The notes: generated from the sequence alone by a model not told the origin. A DNA stretch of 64,000 bases from Phaeosaccion multiseriatum (GCA_965112735.1 OZ218958.1:186001-250000), one strand, 5' to 3'; positions 11,504 through 24,685 are shown, counted from the first letter of the stretch. Numbers and translations are program-made.

Positions 11504-14500
11504 ATGCCTGTCATGAAGTCCTCCGTCCTCGCCATGGCCGCTGTGCTCTCCGGCTTGGCCGCGGTTGCCACAGCGCAAGGTAAGGAAGGAGGAGTTGGAT
11601 GGAGAATGTAGCAGAGCGTATAGGGAGAGGATGGGATTGCGACACTGTGCACGTGGGTGGGTGGGGTGCGGGGAGAAGAGCGACCGCTTTCCGTCCCCTC
11701 CCTGCCCGTCGTTGATATCTGCACTGCGCCGCGGAATGGGCAGGCGCTGTGTGTTGGGAGTGGTATGCAGCGCTGATGCAGCGCTATCTTTATTGTGCAT
11801 GTGGTGTTCCCTCCGTCAATCTGACACGTTCTTCAATCGGTCCCTTCGCCGCAATTTAATCGATCCCCACGCTGCAGACTTTGCGGACACTCCTACGTGT
11901 CCAGCGGAGGGACAGTGCTCCTGTAACGAGGGCCAGACTGATTACCTCGTCTCCTTCGGCAAGGCGATCATCGATGTCGGATCTGACAGTGACGGAAACA
12001 GCAACTGTGTAGAGCACTGCAACCCCTTCAACCTGGGTGAGTAGAGACGGGAGGACGGAGCGAGGCGGGGTGAGGCAGGGGCGGTGGGGGCGGCATGTTC
12101 ACTGTTGTGGAGGGTGTGGGTATGTGAAAAGAGGAGAGGCGGCTGTGGCTGTGATGTTCTTGCAGTTGTTGGTGTGTGCGCAATTGTGCGTATGTATTCT
12201 TTGCTTGCGCGGTTGCCCTGTGTGTGTGCCTGCGGCGGCCCTGGCCTGACTCCCTCCCCCCTCTTGCATTGCCTTGCCTGAGCAGGCCAGGACTGCTTCT
12301 CTTGCTTCCTCACTTGCGAGGGTGCCATCAAGTACGAGAACGAGGTGCCCAACGTCAACATTGACCTCGACATTGTGTTCTGTGACCCGGAGGTCGACTA
12401 CCTGGCCGACTGCTTCACGGATCCGCCCACTCCCGCGCCCGTGGTGAGACTTCCTCGTGCTATTGGTATCATGAACTCCTGCTAGTGGCATCCAAGTGTT
12501 CAAGTACCGTACCCATCCCGTGGACGTGTTTGCCCTTGCATGATGCACTCTCCTCACGCTCATTCCCTTGCTCCACGCCTCAGGCGCCCCCCACGGCGGC
12601 ACCCACCGCTCCCCCCACAGTGGCACCAACAGCCCCCCCTACCGCTGCTCCTACGGTGAGTCATGTAAAGGGCGGCAATAAACTGGTGGGGGAGGTGGAG
12701 GAGGAGGCATTGTCGGTCTTCGTGACCAGGAGCAAATTGCTTTGAAACTCACTCACTGTGACCAGGAGTAAATTGGTTTGGAACTCACTATCTTCCGTTG
12801 TCCACCCTTTCCTCCTCGCCCCTCCCCTTCTTGCTATGTCGACTCAGGCGCCCCCCACGGCGGCACCCACCGCTCCCCCTACCGCTGCTCCTACGGTGAG
12901 TCATTGTCGGTCTTCGTGACCAGGAGCAAATTGCTTTGAAACTCACTGTGACCAGGAGTAAACTAGGAGTAAATTGGTTTGGAACTCACTAATATCTTTC
13001 GTTGTCCACCCTTTCATGTCGACTCAGGCGCCCCCCACGGCGGCACCCACCGCTCCCCCCACCGCTGCTCCTACGGTGAGTCATTGTCGGTCTTCGTGAC
13101 CAGGAGCAAATTGCTTTGAAACTCACTGTGACTCACTGTGACCAGGAGTAAATTGGTTTGGAACTCACCAATATCTTTCGTTGTCCACCCTTTCATGTTG
13201 ACTCAGGCGCCCCCCACGGCGGCACCCACCGCCCCCCCCACGGCGGCACCCACAGCCCCCCCTACCGCTGCTCCTACGGTGAGTCATTGTCGGCGTTCGT
13301 GACCAGGAGTAAATTGCTTTGACACTCACTGTGACTCACTGTGACCAGGAGTAAATTGGTTTGGAACTCACTATCTTTCGTTGTCCACCCTTTCCTCCCC
13401 TCCCCTCAGGCGCCCCCCACGGCGGCACCCACGGCCCCCCCCACGGAAGCTCCTGTGGCACCCTGCTGCGCGGCCCTCACTGCCGAGCAGGCTGCAGGTG
13501 AGAAAGGACATGTTAATGAGCGCTCTGCCTCCCGTCTCCGAGGTGTCCGAGTTGACGTGGATGGCCTCTCCCCCGTCTTTCCTCTTGCTGTCCTCCCCGC
13601 CTCCTTTCCTTAGCCCTGGAGGCTGAGTGCCAGACGGTGGTGTGCAACTTGGACTGCGACTCCAGCGACCCTACCTGCGGATACGCTGGCCTGGGAGAGA
13701 ACTGCCAACTCATCGACGACGTCGCCAACACGAGCTGCACGGACGCCCCCACGCCCCCCCCCACGGCAGCGCCCACTGTTGCCCCTACTGTGCCCCCCAC
13801 CATGGCCCCTACGCCCCCCCCCACGGAAGCTCCTGTGGCACCATGCTGCGGAGCCCTCACTGCGGAGCAGGCTGCAGGTGAGGAAGTACATGTTAATGAG
13901 CGCTCTCGAGGCCTCTGAGTTGAATTGGATTGCCCCTCACCTCACCTCCCCACCCCCCCGTCTTTCCTCTTGCTCTCCTCCCCGCCCCTTTCCTTAGCCC
14001 TGGAGGCTGAGTGCCAGACGGTGGTGTGCAACTTGGACTGCGACTCCAGCGACCCTACCTGCGGATACGCTGGCCTCGGAGAGAACTGCCAACTCATCGA
14101 CGACGTCGCCAACACGAGCTGCACGGACGCCCCCACGCCCCCCCCCACCATGGCCCCCACCATGGCCCCCGTGGCACCTCCCACCATGGCCCCCACCATG
14201 GCCCCTGTGGCACCTCCCACCATGGCCCCTGTGGCACCTGTGACCGAGGCTCCTGTGGCTCCCATCACTGTTTCGCCCATCGCGCAGGACTCCACCACGT
14301 GCACGACCCCACCCCTGTGCACCGGCACCGCGGCCGACATGGCCTACCTTGTAAGTGGGGACGGTTACAAACAGTTACACAAACTGACGGAGCGGTCATT
14401 ATACATACGCCAATGACTCATCAATGTGTCCCTCTCTCCCTCCCCTGTCTTGCCTCTGCAGGAGCTGTACAGCAAGTGTATGGTAGTTGATGCTCGCTGC

Positions 14501-15024
14501 TCCCTGGGCGACGACAATGTGCCCAGCCACTGCAACGCCTTCGGAATCGCGCTGAACTGCCGTTCCTGCTTCCAGAACTGCGAGGTGAGACACAAGGGGA
14601 AAGGGGCTCTTTGTTGACTTAATGGGGGAGGAGGGGGCAGGAGACCGGGGGCGTGTGGTGTAGCTAGTGTCGTGAGGGCGAGGGAGGTTGTGAAAGCTGA
14701 CCCTGCCCCCCACCTTCCTTCCCCGCCACCCCCTTCCAGGGAGCAATCAAGTACATGGAGGGACACCCTGGCGCCCCTGAGGATGAGTACTACTTCTGCC
14801 CTTCGAGCAGCGGTTCCTACGCCTCGTGCATTGGAGGAGAGGGAGGAGAGGGATCCGGAACTGGCGGCGACGCCGGCTCCTCTGGCTGCGAGTGCGATGG
14901 CTTCGGCGAGTCCTGCTACGTTGATGACACGTGTGTGGACGGTCTCCTGGGCTGCAACGTCAAGGGCCTCCCCAACTGCCGCTTCTGTGGCTTCGGAGCG
15001 TACGTCAGCATCGCCTGCCCCTAA
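11504..15024 (+). CDS. Secreted Cys-rich modular protein with Pro/Thr/Ala (APPTAAPT) linkers; putative cell wall/surface glycoprotein, 12 exons
   Basis: Signal peptide MPVMKSSVLAMAAVLSGLAAVATAQ; exons 11504-11579, 11878-12036, 12286-12443, 12584-12655, 12848-12895, 13028-13075, 13207-13278, 13410-13497, 13614-13877, 13998-14350, 14462-14584, 14740-15024 are phase-compatible; duplicated Cys modules; ends GCNVKGLPNCRFCGFGAYVSIACP*. Confidence 0.85.
12580..13420 (+). repeat. Tandem exon+intron duplication (~180-260-bp units, 4-5 copies)
   Basis: Repeated cag|gcgccccccacggcggcacccacc...ctacg|gtgagtcat with repeated intron text gtgaccaggag(c/t)aaattg. Confidence 0.9.
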
Positions 15025-15961
15025 CTTTTCGCACCAGACATCCAAAAGTACACATCACCGCCCTTGACTTGCTTGCCTTTTTCAGGTTCAAGTTTTGCTT
15101 TTTGAGCGGTTTAAGCGTAGCATGAGGAAATCGATACACGTATTTGCGTAATTTTTGTCTAATTTATTGAAGCTTTTAATTTTGAGGCAGTGGGGTAGTA
15201 CGGGGTTTATCTCCCCGCCTTCTGAGGGACGGGGAGGGGGGGTTGTGACTCGTGGGAATCAACCTATAGGAAGCAACCTAAGAATTGGGCGGTGCGGTGA
15301 TCAGCAGGTGAAGGAGGGATCATCAGCAGTTTTTACTTTAAACTTCATTTGTTTTAATTAATAATTTCAAATCAGGAAATTAAGTTACCAAAAAGACGCC
15401 CCCCTCGGTGCTCTGTTACCCATGCACCTCCGCATCAACTCTGGCCGGCCGAATGTGGTGAGTGAGTGAGTGAGTGAGTAGCGTGAAGTTGGATGCGTGT
15501 GTCGCTCTTGTCTCTCTATGTCTCTTTCTCTCTCTTCTATTATCTATCGCCTTTGTATCCACATCTCTCTCTATCTATCGTCTTTGTATCCACGTCTCTC
15601 TCTCTCTCTCTCTCTATGTCCATGACTCGCTTCTCTCTTTCTCTCGCCTCCCTCCCTCTCTCGTTCTGTCGCTCTCGGGACGGAAGGCGTGCGGCGACTG
15701 ACTGACTGGCTGGTTGAGTGTTAGGTGTTGGGGGTGTTACTGAAGCGAACAGCTCTCCCCTCCCCGCCTGCTCACCCCCCCTTAGCACGCGTCTCAAATG
15801 CAGCGCCTCAGCAGGGGAGCGAGTCCACGAAGCAAGAAGGCGTTAGCTAGTGGGTCTCTGCTAGTGGGTCATTGCCCACCACCCCCACACCCCTTCCCCT
15901 GCCCCCTGCCCCCTCCCTCCTCTCCTCTCTCTCGCTCTCTCTGCTCTACTTACTGGCAGCT

Positions 15962-17193
15962 TCACTGCTCTGCGCTTTGCTCTCCGCGCGGCGTGCAGGG
16001 ACAGCGAGAGCCGTTACTGACGTTACTGACGTTACTGACGTTACGCTCTGTACGCTCTCCGCTCCATCCCCCACCGGCGGTGACCCCCCGACTCAGCGCC
16101 GCGATACGGCCCCTCCGATCAGGCATGAGAGCCTTCGGCTTGAGGGTCAACTGACGCCACTCTGCCTGGCAGTGGCGCAGCGAGGAGAAGGCCCCAGCGC
16201 GGCTTGTCGTAGCGGCAGCACTGCGGAGGGCTGGGCCGAATGGGTCCCCTTCCCCCCAAGCAGGGCCCGCTGCAGGATGTCTACCGGTGGCCAGGGGTGA
16301 GCCCTCAGCACCAGCAGCAGGAGTGGCAGCAGTTGGTGGTACAGTGGAGCTGGCAGCAGCCCCACGGCCACCGGAGGGCGGTGCTATGGCTATGGGAAGC
16401 GAACCCTTCCAGGCCCGCCGGGGGCGTCGCTCGAAGCAGTACACACCGTCGCCGTCGGAATGCCCCGCCTCCTCCTCTCTTCGGTCTCTGCCCTCCTCCT
16501 CGGTATGGCCGGAGGGTGAGGCGGGGGCTGAAATTGAGACTGCTGCCCCTGCCCCCCGGGGAATGCCCCCCCGGCGAAAGTCCCCCCGGGGAAAGATCCT
16601 CCGGGGAAAGGGCCGCCGGGGAAAGACGCACACTGCGGTCTCGACACCTTGCCGAGTGCCACCTCGCAGTGGTGATGCCTCCTTCGAGTCAGTCTGCTGC
16701 TGCTCATGGTTGATGAACTCATGCTGCTGCTGATGGTTGATGAACTCATGCTGCTCCTCCTCCTCCTCGCCTCGCGACCGCCGGTCCTCCTCCACGCGAC
16801 TGATGCGAGCGCTGGCCCGTGCAAAGTGTTGGCTGAGGAGGAAGCGGGAGATGAGGTTGCTGTCTACCAAACCTTCAACCTGTGAGGGGTGAGGGGAGAG
16901 GCAGAGAGAGGCAGAGAGGAAGGCACACACACGGGCAGGCGCTGAGGGGAAGAGGCAGGCATACGGACAGGGGCAGGCCGCGAGGAGGCAAGTGGCCTCA
17001 CGCAGGCAGAGAGAGGGCAGGGCACTATTGAAGGAGCGCAAGGAGGCTATCGCACGCACACACACACACATACATACATATACACACGTGCACGCACATA
17101 CACACCCATACATACACACGCAAACATGCACACACGCCCATACACACACGCACACACACACACACGTACACACACACCCTCACACACACACCA

Positions 17194-17247
<54 letters not shown>

Positions 17248-20200
17248 TATACACAACCCGTACACACACGCACACATACATACGCCCATCCACACACACA
17301 CACGAGATGTAGAGATGTAGCTTGCTTGCCTCTCTGTACGCCTTGTCGAACAGGTCCCTGCGCCGCCCATACGCCTCCAACCGCCGTGACCCTCTTCTTG
17401 CCTCCGCCCCTCCGCTAAGCCCCCGCTGGGCAGTAGCAACGACCGCACTCTGCTGGCTCCCCAGGGCCGTCTGCTGCCACTGCTGCTTGAGCTGTCTAAG
17501 CTGCCGCACCAGCTCCGTTCGATCCTTGTGAGACAAGTTCACTTCCTGAGGGGCGTCTACTGCAATGAACGTGTTCACCAGCCTCCCCGCCAGCAGCAGC
17601 TGCTCCTGCTCCTGTCTGTGCTGCTGCATCACCAACTGCTCCTGGTCCTGTTTCATAAGGATACCCTCTTCTTGCCCTTGCCTTTGCGTACGGTGGGCAG
17701 GCGGACGTGGGCTTGCTCCGGGGGGGCGCCTTGCAGACTCCTCCTCCTCCTCCTCCTCCTCCTCCTCCTCCTCTCCCTCATCCCATTCCTCCTTCTCCTC
17801 CTCCTCCTCCTCCTCCTCCTCCCTCTTCTTCTCTCCCCCCCCCTCCTCCCTCTCCCCCTCCTTCCAGATGGTCGCGAACTTCAACCTATAAACATCAACT
17901 TCCCTGAGGAACATGAGCAGCTCTGCGCACAGTGCCCCGTCTGCAAAGACGCGAAAGGGCTCAGCCAGCAGGGGCTCGCTACGGATGTTCTTCCAGCAGC
18001 TGAACAGGGCGCGGTGGGGATGGTTAGAGGCGTATGGGCAGCCGTACTGGAAGTGGGCCAGTCGCCATCCTATCTCCTCCGCCTCGACCTCCTCCTCCTC
18101 CTCCTCCTCGGCGGATAGCGGCGATAGAGAAGATGAGCAGTGTCGCACCACTACTCTGTCCCTGCTGCCGCCCCACTTGGCCTCAGCTAACCCCGCAGTC
18201 TGTCCTCTCCTTCCTCCTCGACTCGGAAACCCTACTGCTCCTCCTCCTCCTCCTCCTCCTCTCCTTCTTCGCCTTCTTCTTCCTCCTCCTTCCCCTCCTC
18301 CTCCTCCTCCTCCTCCTGCTCCTGCTCCTGCTCCTCCTCCTGCTCCTGCTCCTCCTCCTCCTCCTCCTCCTCCTCCTGCTCCTCCTCCTCCTCCTCCTCC
18401 TCCTCCTCCTCCTCCTCCTCCTCCTCCTCCTCCACACCGGCACCGGCATCGTGGACAGTCGTGTGCAGCCTCCACGTCGTACTCAGTGTCTATGCAGCAT
18501 GCCATCTGTGACTGTGACAGTGCCAGTACAAGGGACAGTCGCTCCCCTGGACAGATGCGCCGCTGATATCGTGTTGTCTTCCCTCTGTGTCCCCGTACTC
18601 TCCTGTGCACCGCTTTCTCCCCCCTCCGGCTCCCTGAACCAATGCCTTGGCTGATATCTTCGCTACTTCCATCGCCGCTGTCTCGGCCGCTATCGCCATT
18701 GCCATTGCTACCACTATCGCGACTGCTGCCGCTGTCGCTGTCGCTTCCGCTATAACTACCGTTTCCGTGTTGCGACCAAGAACGAGTGGTTGTACAGTGA
18801 ATGCCATACTCGAACTCACACTCGTCGGACGACGCGTGTGGTGCCTTGCTGCGCCGCTCGGCTGGCGGCTTGTTGTTGTTGTTGCGTCGGAGGAAGACCC
18901 GCAGGACCGGCAGGACGTTGGAGAGAAGGAACACAAGCAAGTTGGAGAGGAGGAGGAGGTTGGCCCCCTCCACTAGCCACTTCCTCGCCTTGACCCAGGG
19001 GGACGAGTACTTGACTGCGAGCACAAGGGGGAGGGAGGGAGGGAGGGAGGGAGGGGGATAATAAGAGGAATATGGGGGAGGGGAGGCCCCAAAGCTAAAT
19101 CGGCCGCTTGTCGTGAAGCGTTAGTCACTGTCACAGTTTGGCGTCGGCGTCGGACTCGAATGCTGATGACAATAATGATGTGTGTGGAAAGGAAGGGGTG
19201 GGCAAAGCAAGCGCTTCATCCGAAAGCGATGGGTGGTGTAGCTAGACTCTAGGCTCTAGACCTTATACGACTCACAGTTGGCGATATCAGCGGCGGCCTG
19301 TTCCACCACCACGCGAGCCAGGACGCTCGCGAGGACGAAGAGGCCGCATACCACCAGCAGCTCGGTGCTGACGCTGTACAGGGGAGTCGACCTCGCGCCG
19401 CGGAGCAGGCAGGGGCACACGAATAGCAGCAAACCGCACGTACAGTACACACAGTTCCGCAGCAGGCGGTGCAGGGAGGAGGAGGAGGAGGAGGAGAAGG
19501 AGGGGGAGGACGGGGCGTTCTCCTCTCCTAAGGTGGCGGCGGTGGCGGTGGCGCTGCTGGCAGTGAGGCGGGCAGTGAAGCCGGCAGTGAGGCCGGCAGT
19601 GAGGTCGAACGCTTCTTCCTCCTCGCTGCTGCTGCTGCTGGTGCTACTGCTGATAAGTAGAGTGTTGCTGTCGCTGAACCCTGCAGTCCTGGTGCTAGTG
19701 CTGCAGCCACCGCCGCCTCCGCAGCCGCTGCTGCTACCGTAGAGGAAGGGCAGGGGTGCGAAGGCCACCGCAGCCACGAGCAGCAGGAACAGAATGATGT
19801 AACGCTCCCTGTACAGTGCGGGGGACACTCGCTGGCGCACACATACAAGAGAGTGCAATACCAAGCTTTGGCGGGAAAGAGGGGCGGGACGGGACAGTCG
19901 ATCGACAGTCAGCGGGGGGGCAAGTGGGTCTATGACAGCGGAGGGCAAGGTAGCGAGGCAGAGACAATGGCGCCACACAACAGCAGCCAGATAGAGAGAG
20001 GGAGAGGGAGGGAGAAGGCTCGCTAGAGGAGACAGGGGCCGTCGCTAACCTACATAGCACCCCTTTTCCCCTTTGCCGCTGCTGCCCTTGCCCCCCTTCC
20101 TACCCGCCTCTCTGCAGCGCCACAGCTACATGTAATACACGGTCACACACCCTTTCACTCACTCACGGCCACACACCCTTTCACTCACTCACGGTCACAC

Positions 20201-21598
20201 ACCCGTTCACTCACTCACGGCCACACACCCTTTCACTCACTCACGGCCACACACCCTTTCACTCACTGACACGGCCACACACCCTTTCACTCACTCACGG
20301 CCACACAGCCTTTCACTCACTCACGGCCACACACCCTTTCACTCACTCACAGCCACACACCCTTTCACTCACTGACACGGCCACACACCCTTTCACTCAC
20401 TCACAGCCACACACCCTTTCACTCACTCACGGCCACACACCCTTTCACTCACTCACGGCCACACACCCTTTCACTCACTCACGGCCACACACCCTTTCAC
20501 TCACTCACGGCCACACACCCTTTCACTCACTCACGGCCACACACCCTTTCACTCACTCACGGCCACACACCCTTTCACTCACTGACACGGCCACACACCC
20601 TTTCACTCACTCACCAGTATGCTCTGGCGACGAACACGCCATAGAAGAGGGGTATCTGCGCGAACAGGACCGTCTGGAGTGGCACATCGCTGCGCGGGCG
20701 GTGGCCGAGGAGGGCGGGGGCGACAGTCCACGCCGTGAGCAGGGCCAGCCCAACGAGGTTAGCGGCGCCGCTCAGCAGCTTAGAGAGTAGAGCAGCGGCA
20801 CGCGGGGGGGACAAGGGAGGGAGAGGAGGGCTTAGTCATACAGCCTTAAGAGCTGACACTCTCCCTGCGCGGTGACTGCGCGGTCGATCCTCGCTAAGAA
20901 GTCGGTCTCGTCAGAACAGAGTGAGTGAGTGAGTGAGTGAGTGAGTGAATCGCTGCTTCTTTCCCCTTGTTGGAGACAGGCAAGTGCCCTCATGATGTAA
21001 CCGCCGCCAGAAGGCAGCAGAAGGCGGCAGGCCCGAAGAGGAGAGCAGCTTAATGGCGAGAGGCCGGTTGAGCCCCTCGGACTCGGGGCGTGCGGACACA
21101 CCGTACCGTACCAGGAGGCGGGAGAAGCGCTTCTTCAGCTCCAAGTCATTGCGCCACTTGTAGAGACAGGGCAGGACAAAGCACCAGCCCAGCAGCTCCA
21201 CCGCCCCAACCAGCACGAGCTTGGCAACCGCGACTTGCTCTGCGGGCGGGCGACGAGAGTGGTAGGCAGCAGGTGGGAAGGGGGGGAGAGCAGAGCGGCC
21301 GGTGAGGGAGAGGCAGGCCGGAGAGAGGCAGAGCGAACGCGCGACATTGAAGGCGTCAGTGGACACAGGAAGAAGGGGGTTTGAAGAAATGAACGACCAG
21401 GCATGGATACTCACTCTCAGTGTTGCCCACTCGGCCCACTACTCCTCCCTCTCCGCATCCTCCGCCCCAGACGGCGTCTCTACAGAAAGTCTTCCAATTT
21501 TCATCGAACATGGGCGCCAAGGAGGGAGCCGCTGAAGCGAAGGTTTCATTGGCTGATCCGGGGCCGTCACTGCTAAGGGAATCTTCCCCGTTGCTCAT
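15962..21598 (-). CDS. Seven-transmembrane regulator of G-protein signalling (7TM-RGS)
   Basis: Exons 21598-21415, 21239-21112, 20778-20615, ~20048/19850-19276 (5' junction unresolved), 19014-17330, 16879-15962. Seven hydrophobic segments, then RGS motifs [49 protein letters not shown]|[16 protein letters not shown]. The 3' end is tentative. Confidence 0.8.
20136..20614. repeat. Intronic minisatellite, 26-bp unit, about 18 copies
   Basis: cacggccacacaccctttcactcact repeated, with occasional slightly longer 'actgacacgg' variants; starts at the splice donor of the 7TM-RGS gene. Confidence 0.95.
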
Positions 21599-22101
21599 GG
21601 CAATCTTATCCCCTGACAATCCCGGCGCCGGTGGCCGCCAGTGTGTTGTGGCCTTCTAGTAGCAGCACCTTCCTGTCCCTGACAAAAAACCCAACGACCG
21701 TGCTTCTTCTTTGTCGAAGTACGTATCTTTGCGCATCTTCATCCAGGCCGCCACTAAACGCTACCGGCACTGCGTCTATCACGTCTATGCGTCTAGCACT
21801 GTGTCTCCTCCTCTTCCTCCCACCTCCTCAAGCTGATCCCTTTGCTTGACGTTACAGGCGTAGGTCACTACTGACCGGACTTCCAAAAAAATCACCTCTC
21901 TCCTCTCACGTTCGAACACCGTTCGTTTCATTCAGAATGTGGTCGTTCATGCCATCTGTGAGCTGCCTCTCTCCCCTTCTCCTCCTCGCTCTCCTTCCTT
22001 TTTACACATTACAACTGTATATATTTTTTTCTCTCCTCCTTCGCTTCCTCCCTCTCCTCCCTCGTGCTCGTTTCTCTCTTCTTCTGAGTGGCGACGGGAG
22101 A

Positions 22102-23346
22102 AATGGGGGTAATCTCCTCCTCCTGCTTATTGCAGTCTTCCGTGGGCCCGCCTTCAGCGTGCAAGAGGCTCCCAGTCATCCCAAGTGCGCATGTCCGCTA
22201 AGCTGACTGACGAGCCGCCCAAGCTTATCATCTCGGGCGCCCCCTGCCGGTGGGAAAGGCACCCTGTGCGAGCTAATCACGCAACAGTATGGCTGGCGCA
22301 CCTCAGCACGGGAGACATGTTGCGGGCCGTGAAGGAAGGTACTGCACTGGGAACGCCTACGCAGGGCTTCATGGACAGCGGGAAGCTTGTGCCGGACGAG
22401 GTCATCACAGGAGTGGTAACGGATAGGCTTGCCAAGGGCTGGCTGCTGGACGGCTTCCCCAGGACCAAGGTTAAGGTTAGTCCGTCAATTCAGTCAGTCA
22501 TTCAGTCAGTCGTTCGGTGTGAGCCTCGACAGCAGCTCTACCACTCAGCATGGAACACTTTTAGCCTCTCTTTCTCTTCGTTCATTGCCGAGTCACTGTT
22601 GTGCTGCCCCCCCCCCCCTCCTTCACACACACATGCGCTAGGCCCAGGCCGAGGCTCTGGGGCAGGCTGGAGCGTTGCCCGATGCCTTCATCCTGCTCAA
22701 CGTGCCCGAGAAGGACCTAGTGGAGCGCGTGGTGGGCCGCCGCACCGACCCGGAGACCGGCAAGATCTACCACACCAAGTTCTTCCCCGCGGAGGACAAG
22801 GACGTGGAGGCGCGTCTCGTGCAACGCTCGGACGACACGGAGGAGAAGGTCAAGGTGAGTGAGATTGTCCGATGTCTTGCTCGATATCGACCTGGATATT
22901 GGGCGATATCGTACGATACTATACATTTGATCCGAGTCTATGCTCGACACTTTACAGTGTATGGCGTGGGTCCACCCTTCTCCTCGTCTACCCACCCTCT
23001 CCTCTTCTGGCCACCCCTCTCCTCCTCCACTCACCCTCTACTCCTCTGCTCGCTCCTCACTTCCTTTGTCCACCTCTCTCTTCCTTTGACCACTCGCTCT
23101 CCTCCTCTGTCCACCCCTCTCCTCCTCTGCCCAACCGCTCTCCATGGCCTCCCTTGTCAACGCCCCCCCTCTGCCCACACTCTGCCCACCCCTCCTCCTC
23201 TGCAGGTGCGGCTGGTGGCGTTTCAGAAGCACAGAGACGAGGTGCTGCAGTGCTACGACGAGGGTCTCCGCGTCGAGGTGGACGGCACCAAGAGCAAGGA
23301 TGAGGTGTTCCAAACCATCACCGCCGCCCTGGGCCCGGGGGTGTGA
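22102..23346 (+). pseudogene. Degenerate adenylate kinase copy (P-loop scrambled, presequence deleted)
   Basis: Relative to 36017-37351: an extra C near 22240 and a compensating deletion near 22295 turn [11 protein letters not shown] into [11 protein letters not shown]; MQDCQE is deleted; the signal/transit region is eroded; exons 2-3 are intact. Confidence 0.8.
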
Positions 23347-24685
23347 TTGGTGGAATGAATCATTCATGACCAGTATCACTGCCACGAGGAGTAAAAAGTC
23401 AAAGAGAGGGACTTCCCCATCGCTCATGGCTCTCTGATCTGTCCCTACGCAACTCTGCTGTACTGATTTTACAAAGTGACCAATCCAAATTTAAGCGGGC
23501 TGCACTCGTCGTTCTCTTAAGGTGCTTGTATGAGAGTGAGACAACGGTCCTGAGAGGTGTGAAACCCATCCACAGGATGTTTAACTTCTCAGTATCCCTG
23601 GGGTGGAGGCAATTGAGCCTATACGCCTACAGCATGCTATTGTGGTACCTCTAAATCTATCCACAGGCTTGCAGGGGCAACAAAGGACATTATAGTTGTT
23701 CCAGAGGGTCGCTCGCAGCCGAACAGGGGTCCTTTCAGTCGTCTGTAGCTACTGGGTTTCATTTCCCCTGTGACCTCCTCTTCAGCTGCTGTCTTCAGAG
23801 CGAACGCAATCTCCAACCACTCCATTTCCACCCACCATGGGCTGGCACGGTAGCTGGGCCTGGCCTTCTTTTGGTGCGTCTTACCTCCTTCTTGCTCTTT
23901 CTTTCCTGTCACAAGTATGATGGTTGGATGATGATGGTTTCGTCGCCGCTCCCGTACCTTTAGCTCCCGCGCTTTAATTCAGAGCAGTCACTTACAACCC
24001 GTATCTTTTTTTTCTTCTTCACTTATTGCTTCACGAAAAAAGTTCAATTTTGGGGCGTTGGGGCGTTGGTGGTCGGAGTATTATTCACAGAATCCGTCCA
24101 CGCTTACTCCATCGTGCTGCTATCGACGCATTCTCGATAGCATGCTGTCGGGCCCGGGCATCCGGGCATGCTATCGGCCGCCGGCGATAGCAGATAGCAG
24201 ATAGCGCGTCAGGCAGGGGTCGAGTTTAGCTACCCACGTTGTTGGTGGATCTATAGCGTGTGGCACACTTCCTTCCCCTGGAGACGCACATGGAGTTGCT
24301 GTCGGAGAGTCAGAGTCCCTGAAACAAGAAGGCAAGGACGGTGTCGCTCAGCTCTCTCCTGCTGCAGGTGCTTGACCATGCGGATATCCTGTGCGGAAGG
24401 GACTTTCAAAGATTCGAAGTTCAATTTCTGGGGCGTTGGTGGTCCGAGTATTGTTCACAGAAGCCGTCCACGCTTACACATGTTCACATGATGGATCTTT
24501 AGCGTGTGGCACACTTCCTGCCCCTTTGGGGGTATGAAGTTGCCATCAGAGGGTCAAAGAAACTTGATCCTTGTCAGAGTCCCTGAAACACAAAGGGAAG
24601 ATCTGTGGCTCAGCGCCCTCTCCTGCTGCTAGTCCGGAAGGGACTTGTTACGGCTTCATCGTTTCGCGCCAATTGATTTGAATCA

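Noticed and set aside
23637-23912. 91-aa ORF between AK and FRO (duplicated at 37642-37917)
   Set aside because: No ATG start and no recognisable motif; identity between copies only reflects the duplication.
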